From the human T2T-CHM13v2.0 reference genome, Homo sapiens: 64,000 nucleotides of DNA. The position numbers and the translations under genes are program-made. Where the stretch lies: the NCBI RefSeq assembly GCF_009914755.1, contig NC_060935.1; one strand, written 5' to 3'. The first letter of the stretch is position 1, and each line of letters begins with the position of its first letter. Below the pieces are notes generated by a model. It was not told the origin of the DNA. It was given only the letters and a program-made list of their open reading frames with translations, and searched no databases. Positions 45,336 to 64,000 of the stretch are shown here, piece by piece.

Positions 45336-46039
45336 TTACTTTTGTTGTTCTAAGATATATTTTTCTTTATATGGGCATATTCTCTGGTTGTAGAATCTTG
45401 GAATTTGATCACATGGCTATTTAAAACAATAAAAAGAAAAAGACTCTGTTTATGCTGTGTATGATCACAAAAACTTGTGTCATTCAGTTTTAGTGTTGGG
45501 CTTTCTAAATACCTCATTCTGCTCATCAGACATCATTTTTGTTCACTGTAGGTGCTGGCAGATCTCTGGTTGGAACTTTGTTGTTATTCATTGGTCAGTT
45601 TATGAATGAGTCAGATATTTCAGCTTCTGTGTTTTATCTGATCCTATACTTCTTTTCTGTTATTCCATTGTTCCCTCTAATTGGCCTTATAAAAGTATTT
45701 CTGCAGAAATACCAGAGTATTTACTGCAAAAACTTTTCATACTTTAAAAATGCCAAAAGAAGCTTTTAGAAAAGGAAGAATACCTGTCAATGTGGTACTC
45801 TCTTATATTAACAACTTTTTTGACAGAATGTTTAAAAAGTGATTTAAGGCTGGGTAGGCAGCACTTATCTGTGGGAAAGAAAATTTTCAGTTACTTAATA
45901 GCCTGTCTGAGGCACTTGCAAGGAAAATTCTCCAAATTTCAGACATTTTTGTCACCACAGTACCCTAGTGAATATAGCATGGCTGATACTTTTACAGCTA
46001 TTCCTTCAGTATTGACAGTCTCTCAGATCCTTCTACTTC

Positions 46040-46065
46040 GTGTGTGTGTGTGTGTGTGTGTGTGT
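46040..46065. repeat. (GT)13 microsatellite
   Basis: Direct read. Confidence 0.95.
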
Positions 46066-46256
46066 TTACCCAAAATGCTTCCATTATGATGCTTACCTAC
46101 CTTATGTATTAATAATGTTCTGAGAGCTGTTTGAAGGAAAGTGTGACATTTATACAAAGAAAAGTCAATTATTTGTTTAATATTCATAAAATTTCCATAA
46201 AAGTCTAAGCATTTGAAAATACTTGAGAGTACTGAAATATATTTCTTTACATATAG

Positions 46257-46728
<472 letters not shown>

Positions 46729-47265
46729 TAAGAACGTCTCCTGCTCATGAAGTAGGAGTATTTGTGTCTACATTTATTCATTAAAGTGGGTAATTAAATT
46801 CCCTGCCTAGGGTCATTGTTACTTTCTACCTCTTTGCTGTTTTCTGGATGGTTTCACCTCCCCACAGGCAGTATTCACTAATCCCTTTCCTGACTTTCCT
46901 TAACTCTGATTATCACTTTTAAGCCCTTCAGTAACAAACATTCAGTTTTTACATATATGAATCAGTACTTGGGTGTTTATATTCATATGCAATTTATATT
47001 TATATTCATATACAATACCTCCTATTTGTATCATATACAATACTTCCTACCATATAGAATGGGAAATTCCTTATGGAAGCTATCCTATCTTCTCTCTCTC
47101 TTTCTCTACATTCTGTTTCTCACGTATTTTCCCTTGCATATAGAAGGCCAAGATAAATACGTACAGATTTTATTTCATGTTCTCCCAGTTACTCTGATGT
47201 AAATTTCTTAACCTTGCTGAGCCTCAGTCTTCTTACCTGTAAAGTGGATATACTATCTCACAATG

Positions 47266-47788
47266 TGTATAGGTCAGGGTTCTCCAGAGAAACAGAATGA
47301 ATAGTATATATATGAGGAGATTTATTATGGGAATTGGCTCACACAATGATGGAGGATAAGAAGTCCCATGATATGCTATCTGCAAGCTGGAAAACCAGGA
47401 AAGCTGATGGTGCAATTCAGTTAGAGTCAGAAGGCCTAAGAACTAGAGGGTGAAGGGCAGGGGCATAAGGGACTCTGTTATAATTCCTGGAGTTTGAAGG
47501 CCCAAGAACCATAAACTCTGATGTCTAAGGATAGGAGAAGATGTTGATGTTTCAGTTAAAGAAAATAGAGTGAGAGAAAATTTGCCTGGATTTTTCTTAT
47601 ATCTGGCCCTCAACAGATTGGATGCTGTCCACTCACACAGGTGAGGGTGGATTATTATTCAGTCTACTAATTAAAACGCTAATCTCTTCTAGAAGCACCC
47701 TCACAGACACACCTAGAAATAATGTTTTTACCAGCTATCTGGGCACCCTTTAGCCCACTCAAGTTGATGCATAAAATTAACCATCATA
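47266..47788 (-). mobile_element. MLT2B-like ERVL solo LTR (inside a MIR)
   Basis: gtcagggttctccagagaaacagaa, gagatttattatgggaattggctcacac, aagttga...ataaaattaaccatca. Confidence 0.85.
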
Positions 47789-48422
47789 TAGTGCTATAGT
47801 ACATATGAATTGAAAAAAATTTTTTGAACAGCTTTGAATTTGGGGCCAAATTTAGAAAGAGCTGGAGAATGTGGCTTCTGCCTGTTATTTCTTTGTTACG
47901 TTGTACCCATGGATTCTCCTCTTCCAAGTCCAGTATCATCTTTTGAGTAATTGCTCAGAAAATATTTTCTAATTGGCTTCTGGGTAGCTACTTCATTATC
48001 TGAATATAAAAATAATTCTCTGTGCATAATATGGACTATATATAAGCAACAGCAAATATGTGAGTAAGAGGGAGGGACTGTAAGTAATGCTAGTGATTGA
48101 CTAACACAGTGGCCTTCCAACTTTTTGATCATGTACTCTTATAAGTAAAACATTTTGAGCAGGCATTCCCCCAATATTTTGTGATTGACTGAAACATAGA
48201 TTTATATTAGTCAACTTCAGACACTACCAGGTTATTCAAATATATTATTGTAATTACTACTAACAGTAATAAAAATTATCAGTGTTCTTTAAGTTTCAGT
48301 CAAGAGATATGAATGAGGATAGGCTCATGATAACTTACTCATTTTCACTGAGAAATTCAAGAAATTCTTGAGACTGAATTTCTCTCGACTTATCCTACTT
48401 CGAAACCCAGCTTAAAATTCAT

Positions 48423-52828
<4,406 letters not shown>

Positions 52829-53904
52829 AAAATTCATGCCATTCAGTCAATCCGCAAATATTTATTGAATGTCTCCTAGGCCACCTGACACTATTCTAGG
52901 CACTGAGAATATACCAAGGAACAAATCAATAAGGTGTCTGTCATTATGCAAATCAACCTGTTAGTAGAGAATCAGCAGAGTGGAGGCAATCACAATGCAT
53001 TTTGCAATTTCTAAATACGTTTAAGTTCCCCCAAGATAAGAAGAATTTAAATGTTACTGGTATTAATATGCATATTAACATGGACATTGTCCCTTTATCC
53101 ATGAATTAGATAGTGACCTACCAGGTGCAATATTTGTAGTATCCCGATGGCATGATGAGATAGTGGGAAGTAGACTAGTGAGTACATTTTTATATTGTGT
53201 GTATAACTTATAGTGAGGAAAAATCATTTATATATGACATTGCCTCACGGGGATTGATGCTAGCAATGGAAAGAACATGAAATTTGTTCCTCTTAGACCC
53301 TAGTACACAAAACTGTAAGAAAATCTCAGGCAACATTTAGAACATTTTGATTAGACTGATTATAATGTAGTCCTTCAAACCCTTGAATGTCATTCCATTG
53401 CTAACAGAATAAAGTCCATACTCCTTCACCTGGCATGCAAGATATTCACTCTCTGCCTCCTGCCTGCTTTGCTAGTCTTGTTAACTCCTTTTTCACATTT
53501 GTACATGTCTTGAATGTCATCTTCACCCTATTTATCCAACAGTTTCCAACTCATCCTTCAAAACTCTGCTGAAAGATCTTCCCCTCTGCAGTCTTCCCAG
53601 ATGTTTCCAGACAGGTACTCACAGTGTGCTCTGACCTCAGGTGGTATCTTCATGTGGATACCTGTCAACCCTCAGGTCACTGTATTTTAATTATCTTTAC
53701 CTCTCTCTTCCCCTCACTAGACTGTAAACTGGTAACACAAACCTGTCCTCATGAAAACGAAGGCAATTTTACTTTGGGAGGAATTTCAGATACAGCTTAA
53801 TTTTGGGGGGTTGAAAGGTCTCTCCCAGTCAGCTGTCACATAACTGAACTTCACTGTGCTTATTTCCAAGCCCTCTGTTTGCAAGTAGAAGCTTCTCATG
53901 ACTT

Positions 53905-54135
53905 CAGTATAGCCCAGTGGCTGAGACCAGGTGTCAGTCAGCCTGGAGCAATCCCTGCTCTACTGCATACTAGCTCCGTGATCTTATGTTACTTAACCTC
54001 TTTGTGCCTTCATTTCCTTCTCAGTAAAATGAAGATAACAAGCATACCTATTTTATAGCATTGCTGTGAGGTGGGAATGATGTGGAAGTGCATGCAAAGC
54101 CCTCAGAACATTCAGTAAATGCTAGCTACTGTTGT
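53905..54135 (+). mobile_element. MIR
   Basis: gttacttaacctctttgtgccttcatttcctt...gtaaaatgaagataac. Confidence 0.7.
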
Positions 54136-57100
54136 TAAAATGCATAGTCTATGCAATCACACATAAGTATGCCTAGCCTTCAGCCAAAGTATAAATGACA
54201 TATCAGGCTTTTGTTTGTTTTGAGGAAGCCTGATGAGGGGGACAGAGGGAAGGAATGTTAACTCAGAAAGAAAAGTAACGAAAGTTGAGAACAAGGCCTC
54301 AAAAACACTATTGCCTCAGTTTTCCCAAGAGAAATCGGTGAGTTTGGTAGATTTCCAGTTGTACTGGTGGGAAATTGAGCAGAAACACTGGCACTCATGT
54401 AATTTTTGTTCTTGTTCTTTCTATTGTTGTTTTCTCCAAGAGAAATTGTTAACTTTGCTATATATCCCACCGTATTCATGAGAAATGTAGTGGGAACCCC
54501 ACTGCATTAATGTCCCCCCTTTACTTGTATCATTTTGCATATTTAGTAGAGCTAAGATGCTTGCTGCCTTCATTAGGAGCTTGCTGTATGCAGTGGGAAT
54601 TGCAAGCCTCCACCATCTCAGTGACTCATCTCAGTAATTGGTTGGAAAAGTGATTTCCAACAGCTCATGCTCTCTGGAGCTATGACTTTGAGCACTTCAT
54701 CTCACCACAGGCCTCCTTGTCAGCCTGTGATATGTTATGGCTCTCTTTTGTCTGACCGTATGTATTCTTTCATTGTCTCTGACAGCAGGGTCTCTGAAAT
54801 CCACAATTTTGGTTGGTGATGAGAACTGAGGTCAGTGTTTATTTGACAGTCATTTTGGTGCCATGTAGTAAAATTGAGCAATGGCTGTTGAGTAAAGAAC
54901 ACGGTGAATATGCAGCAATTGGCAAGTATGGAAAACTATAATTGATTTAAGTTGAATTCACTCCTGAGCCTCATTCCCTCACAGTGCTTTCCAGTGTCTG
55001 CCAAGTGGTAATAAGAGATTCAAACTTTGTATCTCTCCTCTAGACTGTGAGATTCTTGAAGACAAGCCAGTCCTTGGTCATCTTGTACTTGCACATAAAG
55101 CAGATTGAGCATATATGAAGTTCTCATCAAATGTCCAATGAAGGATTGTGTGTGAGACAGGATCTAAGCATGGTGTTGGATAATCATTAATGATGTCACC
55201 TTGAGAAATTTTCATGAAGTTTTGATTATGAAAATTTGAGAACATATGCACAAGGGAAGAGAACAGTGGAATGGGCCCTTGTATACCCATCCTCCAGTTT
55301 CAACAGCCATCCATCCTTAGCCACTCTTGTTTCATTTATACTGATTTTACCCATCAGAATATTCTAAAGAAAACCTATAGGTAAGATTTGGGTATTTATG
55401 TGCAGATAATTCCATATATTAAATAAATGCCCTGCTTAATTTACATTGCCAGCCTTCAAGGGATATTTGCTAAGAGCAAGCTCTATACAGCATTTTTCAT
55501 GCCTCAGATTGAAAAAGGCACCATCCCTATCTGTTTGCACACTGTTTTGACCACAAAGAACCAGTCGTTTTCAGGGTTTCTCAAGATTCTCATTGCTTAA
55601 TAGCTTGTGGAACTAAACTATGAGCAAGATATCATTTCAGTGTCAAAGTGTGGAAGCTTGCTCATTTGTTCCTTCGTTCCTTCATTCAGTAAACATGTGT
55701 AAGAACATGTCTCCCCATGGAATTGCTGTGGGGATGAAATGCCTGTCATCTAATGAGTGGTCAGTAAAAGTTATTACCATTTTATGATTATTCTGTACCA
55801 AAGACCGTGCTGGGTCCTAAGATTAAAAATCAAAAACAAACAAACAAAAATTTAAAATCCAAACCTTTTCTTAGTCTTTTTCTAAAACTCTTTGTCTAGA
55901 AATATGATCATTTTAGAGATCCTAAAGAGAGCCTAAATATGAAGAATGAATTAGGAGGAAAGAGGTAAGGAATAGGAGCCTAGAAAAGGGAACTGGATGG
56001 ACAAGATACATATGGTTAGAGTGAGGCTCTGGTGGGATTCCTTTCCCTGCTTCTTAAGGATGGCATGTACTCTCCCAAGCCCATACTATTCCATGCTGGG
56101 GCACAGGCAGCTAGGGGTGAGGGAAGGGTGGGCAAAGGATGCCTGCTGGCCTCAGAATTAGTGACAAGCAGCAGCTATCACCGCAGGACCTGCACCTCAC
56201 ACCCAACAGTCATCAGGATCCTAACTGCCCTAGTGGAGCACAGTTCAGCCTGTTAGCCCCAACTGGAAAGGTCACTTTTTCATAGTGTGACTTTCACCAC
56301 CATCCATTAGCACCTCACTTCTCTTTGCAGTTTTTACTATGACTTAGTATACATTTTGTGAAACATCATCTTTGGCCTAAAATTTGGGTATGTGATTCCG
56401 TTGAATACTCACTTACGTGTCTTTTGCATAGGTCTGGTAAGACTCGCATAGCCACTCACATTTCTTCTTTCTCTCTGTATGTGTTTCTCTCTCTGCATCT
56501 CCTTTAGCACTTAGCTCTTCTTTCCTGGTTCTTAGTTTTCTTTATCTATATCTCCCTTCTCCTTTGTGGCTCCTTCCCAATTTTGACTTCCTTCTGCATT
56601 TGATTTCTTTCTTTACTCACTATCCCGTTTTTTCTCAGCTTTCTTCTTGGGTGCCTATGCAAGGGCATTCAGGGATGTAGCGTTTTTGCACTTCTGAAAA
56701 CATCAGAGAACTTTAACATTTCACTGTCCCATATTTGGGGATAGAAAGAGAGCTTGAAGCCTCACCCTTAAATTGAGGTGTGGCTCTTACAGCCCTGACA
56801 GGTGCCTTACCATGTACTCTTTTGTTCATTTGGATGCTGGCAGCCGAGTGCTCCATGTGCCTGGCACTGGAGATTCCTGTGAGTGTGAAAAAGACATGGC
56901 CCCTGCCCTTATGGGGCTCACCATCCAGTGTACCTTATGGTGAAATGCTGTGCCCCTAAAAGACATTGAATGACAGCTCCAATTGAGTGATCTTACTGGG
57001 GGACCTATTATTTTCAAGATATGTACTATTTACTTAGGTTACAGTATCATTCTATCATCAAATTTCATGGGTAATTTTTATGTACAAAAGCTGATAGATT

Positions 57101-58212
57101 CTGAGATGAGATCCAGCCTGAAGCCAGTCAGGATGAAATGATAACCCTGAACATGTGATGATGAAAATCAAGTGAAATGAACACTATGGATAGTTCGATA
57201 TTTTCTCACCCACACACTAAATGTCAAGGGATGTTTTAAAGAATGCTGTTCTCTGTGCAGCTAGAGTAGGTTTTTAATATCTGCCCATGCTTAACAAAAA
57301 CTGTCAATATTGCAACCTTAATGATAGAGTGAAATGGAAGATCGCATGTAGCAATGCATTATTATAATCACTAACACATCAGGTGAGGTACACAAATTAA
57401 CAATCTCACAGGAATGAAAGGATTAAAATGACTGTGTACATTGAGGTGCTTTTAACTAGTTAACTACTAATTGAAATAGCTAGCTGCTGAATGGGTAAGT
57501 TGTCCTTGTTCAGCCTATTGGGTTACCATGACAACAGAATCCTTCATCTTCCATAATATACACTGAATTTTTAGTACTTATAATTTAAGCATTTGATTTC
57601 CTCATGAGGTGACTGAAAACATGCAGTAGCTTGCTAACCAAATTTTAAAAACTGAATCCATAAGAAGATGGTGCCTAGAATTCAAGTGAAAAAGAAAAGG
57701 CAGATTATTAGAAATATATCCATGTCAAAATTGAGAAATGCCATGGCTTGATTTAGGCAACAATGATTAGTTGTACAAAATTGAAGGAAGCCATTTTATC
57801 TTCTATCTCCTATTCTATTTTCTTTAATTTTTCTCCACTTTCCCTGCAACTTCAACTGTGTTAATTTAGCAAATTACTGTGTTTTAGGACTTATGCAGGT
57901 GCTATCAGGACAGCAATGAAAAAGGATGCCCATTTCTCGTAAGCCAACATACTAGTGGGGAAGCATCATTTAAATTACCATCTTGGGTAATAAATACTTA
58001 AATAGGTGTGCCGTGGGATGACCCTGAAGGAGTGACTAACTCTGCCTCTCTTTCCTGACTCCCTGAGGATGGCTATGCTGGTTGCGAATTACGGAGGCCT
58101 CTTGAAGAGATCACCCCACATCCCAGCAGGAAGACTCTCAGTGGCCCCTAGTAACATCCCTCTGCTTTCTGTTTTATTGGATGTGAACACAAACAACACA
58201 GTCATTACCGGT

Positions 58213-58689
58213 TGTAGCAGACTGAATAGTGGCTTCACAAAGATATGTCCAAGCTTCAACTCCTGGTGCCTGAGAATGTAACCTTATTTGGAATTAGGGT
58301 CTTTGCAGATGTAATTAAGCTAATGATCTTAAGATGATATCATCTTTGATTTAAGATGGGTTGTAAATCTAATGATGAGTGTCCTTATAAGGGACAGAAA
58401 AAGAGAAGACATAGAGCTACACAGAGAGAAGAAGGCCATGTGAAGATAGAGGCAGAGGTTAGAGCTATGCAGCCCCAAGCCACAGAATTCCAAGGGTAGC
58501 CAGCAGCTGCCAGAAGGTAGGAGAGAGTCATGGGACAGATTCTCCTTCAGAGCCTCCAGAGTGAACCAAACCTGCCAACACCTTGGTTTTGGGCTTCTGG
58601 CCTCCAGAACTGTGAGAAAAAAAATGTATGTTGTTTTAAGCCACTTGGTTTGTGGTAATTTGTAATGGCAGCCCCAGGAAACTAATACA
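58213..58689 (+). mobile_element. MLT1C-like MaLR solo LTR
   Basis: aatgtaaccttatttggaattagggtctttgcagatgtaattaag ... ggcagccccaggaaactaataca. Confidence 0.88.
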
Positions 58690-59534
58690 TTGGTCAATTT
58701 TAAAAAATGAATAAAGAAAATTGAAATCACCTAAATGAAGGTTCGCCATTCAGCCACAACTTATAACTGGCGTGTTCCTCTGAAGGCAAATTGAATAAAA
58801 GAGCAAACATATTTTGTCAAGGCTGACATGCATCGAAATATCACAAGGGCCTCAAGAGGGAAGAGAAATTTGATTTATGTCTTCATGCTAGTTGAAAATA
58901 GTGTAGCCATGGATGAAGCTGGTTGTCACAGTCAGCCCCACACATCTGTTTAGAAGCGTTATGGTCTTTGGTGGACAAAGTTAAATACAAATGTCTGTGA
59001 AAATACTGTAGCAACAGCTTCAGGAAATAAAAATCCCACCTTAAACTCCCCAACCCCACACCAAACATACAAGAGACTGAAATGTGTCCATGGTGCCTGC
59101 CAGAGATGACAGAAGTATCTTCTCCCATGAATCCACCCCCTCCAAATCTTTCTGTGGCTCCAAATGCCTTAACCTGGCAGCAGACTCTAGTGGAGGGAGC
59201 CCTGTGTCTTGCGTGGCCTCTGCTGTGTGCCTCTGAACCTGGGGCTTAACCTTGCAGGACTTCCATTTCTTCATTGATAAAATGGGGAATAATATGAATC
59301 ACTATGGGAAATGTACTCACCAGTCCCCATAACATGGGGAGGAAGCAGCTTTATTTCTCTTCCGTGGTTGCTTTGTTTTCTTCTGATACAACCTGTCAAT
59401 TAGGAAACATCGTTTTGGCTCTTACCTTAATGGGTTTGAGGTCAAGCCAAATCATGGTGAGCTTCTAGTAAACATTCTGGACCTTTGACACTCATCTTCA
59501 TGGACTATGTATTGATTGCTATTTTTAGTATTGA

Positions 59535-59800
59535 TGGCTAATATTTGTGGAGCATTCCTGCACTGCAGGCACTGTACCAAGTATGTAATATATATTTTTG
59601 GCTGCATACCTTATAGCAACCCTGTGATGGGGGTAGTGATGCTCTCATTATCTGCACTTTGCACATAAGCAAACTGAGGCTGCCAGTGTTTCCCTCATTA
59701 ACTCAAGGTTCCAGGATTATTAAGGAATAGGAATTAAAAGCTGCTAGCCTGCACTTAGATTCAGGTCTGATGGCTTCAGAGCTCAAGCTCTCAGCCACAC
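59535..59800 (-). mobile_element. MIR
   Basis: caggcactgtaccaag, agcaaccctgtga, gcaaactgaggct. Confidence 0.6.
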
Positions 59801-61859
59801 AAAACATTATGCCTTATGTCTGACTTTTTAAATATGACTGTCCTTGTTATTTCCCCTTTACCTTGATTTTTTTTCCATTTGTTAGTTAGTTGTCCTGTTG
59901 TTTCACTAATATCTTTTAGGTATTTCATGAATTTGGGGGAACAATGCATAAAACTAAGTATAGGTGATGTAAGGATTATTGAGCTAATGTAGGTAGACAC
60001 CAACCCATTATCTGGCTCACTAAAGATACACAATCAATACGGTTCTCTTGGCTTCCTATGCAATGCTCACCATCCCCTGTCCCCAGTTGTTTTCTTCTGC
60101 TTCTCAGGCAATGACATGAATTGATTGTAAATGATTTCCCGGAAACCACAACAATAATAATACGTTGTATATGAGTGTTAGTTAAATGTATAAGATGAAT
60201 CAAATTTGTATTAAAATTATTTCTGTATTAGGTCTTTTATAACTTCAACTTCATTATCTAAGTACAAAGTATATCAATCCTCTCTAAAAACCTTGTAAAA
60301 GAATTGTTTTGTGTGTGTGGAGTTCACCCTTTGACAATGTTAACATTTCCTTTAAGCCTCAGTTTCCTTATCTTTAAAATGGGGCTGATAATAGTTACTT
60401 CATGGATTTGTCGTTATAATTTAGTGATAAGCATATATATGAACTCCACACTTGACACTTCTAAATGAAGTGATAACGTGAATAAATATATACCTCTTTC
60501 CTTCTTCCCCTCCCTCTTCCCTGAGAGGGGGTCTTTTTTTTGTTTGTTTGTTTACAAATTGTTTTTAATCTAAATAAGTTAATAGGCAGAAGGAGGAAGG
60601 CTTTTCTTCAGGACTGTTTTCTATTTTTTGAGACTAGGAATAGAAAGGTGGAGCTTGGAATAAAAGAAGGTTATTTAAAAGTATCAGAGATCTTGCCTTT
60701 TAAGTTGTATTCAAATGTGCCATACTTAGTTTGAGGTTTACATACTAATTACTTTGATCTAATAATTAGCTGTCATATAATGAATTATAAATTGGGAGTT
60801 TAAAAATGTGTGCTGTGCTGATCTGAAGTATAATCTCTGCCAGTGTAGGCAATTGCTGAGGCCTGGGACTGGATTCTGAAACAGATGCACATTTTAAGAA
60901 TAGCGTCTTAAGGGAGGACTTCAGATCCATAAAGGCTAAACCCGAAGCAGGAGCAGTCTCTGTGTAGGTGCCAGCTTTGTCACCGAGCTGCATTCATTTT
61001 CTCTGGTGATTAGGGGCCTTCCCAAAGTTAACTTCTAGAGAATATTTAGTTACTTCATTGGTTTTTAATTACTTATTGGTCTCAACCTTAACATGACCTT
61101 GACTGTGTCATTAAATAGCATCTTGCAATGAGGTCTTTGGGACATTTTTACAAACAGGTGGATTACATCACAAGTAAATTGATAAACCTTCAGTCCAAGA
61201 GGAGAGTTAATGTTTCTGTGTTACGGATCGTGTTCATTCCCAAGCAGGATGTGTATGCTGTTCTTACTTTAGTAAGTACAGTCCTTGGAACACTTTCCTA
61301 CCATTTGGATAATCGATTCAAATTCTAGCCTCTGTGATAAAATGCTAACAATTACTGATTTGGGCAAAGCACACTGTTTACATACTCTGTGGAAAACCTC
61401 CTCTGACAGCCAGCAGTAACTTAAAGGCAAAGGTTCCAATCAGTGGAGCTTTGTCACACAGAGAAGGGAGAAAGATAGAAAGGAGGATTCCACCTTGCTG
61501 CACATGGTAGAAAAAGAGATTTCTTTACAAAAGGAAAAAACAGAAAAACTTTCTTCTTTACCTTAGATTTGCTTTTTATAACTACAAAGAAGAGATTAAA
61601 GCAGTATACTTGTACACTGAAGCTATTTTTTTAAATATCAATGTATAATCACATAAGAGAGCTAGATGCCAAGAATGTTAACAGCATACAGGCCAAGGAG
61701 TAAGACGTTATATTTAAGGTTCACTATGCTGTACACAGTTTATTTTTCTGTATATATTTGAATCATAGACTATTATACCACAAAATAGAATTCAAATCAT
61801 TCATTCATTCATTCTTTTAGTATATATTGAAAATGTATTATGTGTCAGGCATTACCTTG

Positions 61860-62174
61860 TTTTTATTTTTTATTTTTGTTTATTTATTTATTTTTGAGAT
61901 GGAGTCTTGCTCTGTTGCCCAGGCTGTAGTGCAGTGACATGATCTTGGCTCTGCAACCTCCGCCTCCTGGGTTCAAGCGATTCTCCCATCTAAGCCTCCT
62001 GAGTAGCTGGGATTACAGGTGGTCGCCAACATGCCCCATTAATTTTTGCATTTTTAGTAGAGATGGGGTTTCACCATTTTGACCAGGCTGAACTCAAACT
62101 CCTGACCTCAGGTAATCCACCCGCCTCACCTCCCAAAGTGCTGAGATCACAGGTATGAGCCACCACACCCAGCC
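61860..62174 (-). mobile_element. AluS-like
   Basis: T-rich tail, then gagatggagtcttgctctg (61896) to ccacacccagcc (62174). Confidence 0.92.
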
Positions 62175-62179
62175 TATTT

Positions 62180-62416
62180 TTTCTTTTTAAGTATTATTTT
62201 TAATTGACAAATAATAATTGTATATATTTATGGGGTACAATATGATGTTTTAATCCATGTATACATTGTGGAATGATCAAATCAGGGTAATTAGCATACA
62301 CTTCACCTGAAATGTTTATCATTTATTTGTGGGAAAACATTCAAAATAATCTCTTCTAGCTATTTTCAAATATACAATATATTATTAACAGCAGTCACCT
62401 TACTGTGCAGTAAGAC
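62180..62416 (-). mobile_element. L1MA 3'-end fragment
   Basis: aattgtatatatttatggggtacaat, tctcttctagctattttcaaatatacaat. Confidence 0.8.
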
Positions 62417-64000
62417 TTTTAATTTCCTCAAGAAAGGAAAGCTACTTTAGAAAAAATTAATATTGTGTCAGTGAGATTCCTGCAGGCCAGCAGCCTAGGG
62501 ATCAGCAAAGAAATTTACGGGGCAGCAGTGTGCTGGGAGATACTTGGCCTATTCCAAAGGAAAAAAAATATCTATTTGTGATATGCAATTTTTTTCTTTT
62601 TGTGATATGTAATTTTTGATTGTTTTATTTCTTTCTATTATGCCTTGTGGGAAAAAAGGGAGAGAGAGATTGAGATAGAGAAAATAAAGATAGAGAGAGA
62701 CAGATGGAGAGAGAGAAGAGGAGAAAAAACTGAACTAGAAAATACATACACTGAAAAGTGAATCACTTACAACTGATATATATTAGAAATAAGTCAACAA
62801 ATATTTATAGTGTTCCTATAGTATGCACAGTATGACGGGACTCATAGCTAGTATGTAAACTCTACGTGTTGTGTTTAGAAAATATGTGCAGGCTAATAAA
62901 TTATTAAAGAAATACTGAAATAGTTCCAGAAAGTAACAATTTGAGTTTTAAATGTTAAAGATCTTTTAAAATTGTATTTTGACCAACACTGATTAATAAT
63001 ATTCACGGGATTACTTGGTTCTCTATATTAACAGATTGTGAGTGTGCTAAATCATTTTAAATAATTATACAATGCATTAAAAATTCAGGGTCTTGAGGGT
63101 GGTTTGCTTATTTTCAGTGACAGCTTCTATACCCAGTTTGGAAACACTAGTGTACTCCCTACTTGACCCTGTGGGTCATGTATTGTTATCCTGATCATTT
63201 TACCAAACAAAAACATAGAGAACATAAGTAATCTACTGGAAGTCACACATCTAAGAAGTGGTAACCTGTGTCTTCAGACTGTGTACCACGTGGGCATTCC
63301 ACTGTGCCTTGTTGCCCACAACACAGATCTGCCAAAAAGATTTCCCTTTTGATAATGGACTGCAAATTTGAAAGAATTATTAAACAGTGCTATCTTCCAG
63401 CTGCATTAGGCAGCGAAGAGCGTGGAAAAAGCATCCCATTGCTAGTCCCTGAATCACCTGAATCATATAATCTTTCTAGGCCTCACTCTCCCTGTTTATA
63501 AAATAAGGGGTAATAAAACCTTCCATCTCTCACAGATGAGTGTTTTAGGGACACATTAGATCACTTATGAGAGAAGCTTTATGGTCTTTGCAAGAAAAGT
63601 ACATGGCAAAATAACATTTTCCCCCATGATCGTCTAATATATCATAAAAAAAATGCTGGAAAGGTAATTAAGTATGTGGCTTTGACAGACGTGTTGAAAG
63701 GAATGAAAAACTGATGAAAATAAAGACAGTTGTTATCTTGGTGACTGGAATGGTATTACTTATAAGGACATTTCTAAGTTTCACTAAGACAGTTCATTAT
63801 GAAAAACAAGATGGGTATCTATAGTTCCATTAATTGTGTTTTAAGCTAAAATCCAGATTAATCTAAAAGTAAAATTTGTACCATAAAAGATCAGTGGTTG
63901 GTTCTTATTAAACTGCTACATCAGGATCCTACAACAAATGAAATATTTGGGAAAGTCCAGGAATGGACCAGTGAAAATGATTCAAGAATTAGGAAGCAGA

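Overview
This is primate (most likely human/hominoid) genomic DNA lying almost entirely inside two very long introns of a + strand giant protocadherin gene, recognised as FAT3. The only convincing coding sequence is one 315-nt, phase 1-1 internal exon (9426-9740) spanning one cadherin-repeat period. The rest is repeat-rich intron. It contains two sense-oriented, 5'-truncated L1PA elements with clear TSDs (719-3460, nested in an older L1M; 48423-52828), older L1MA/L1MB fragments, eight Alus, LTRs (MER39-like, MER31 nested in MLT1, MLT1, MLT2), hAT MITEs (MER20, MER45A, MER115-like), MIR/L2 relics and microsatellites. Nearly all ORF-track entries are decayed L1 ORF2, Alu-derived or random. I found no convincing new biological system. 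The most interesting unexplained structures are: a 16.3-19.8 kb zone with two ~235-bp local duplications (one direct, one inverted) around a perfect 16-bp palindrome; a tailless AluY with a TSD; a candidate poison micro-exon just downstream of the FAT3 exon; the exon's stop-free circular reading frame; and a closely spaced inverted Alu pair. Repeat subfamily names are from memory of consensus sequences and need RepeatMasker/Dfam confirmation.
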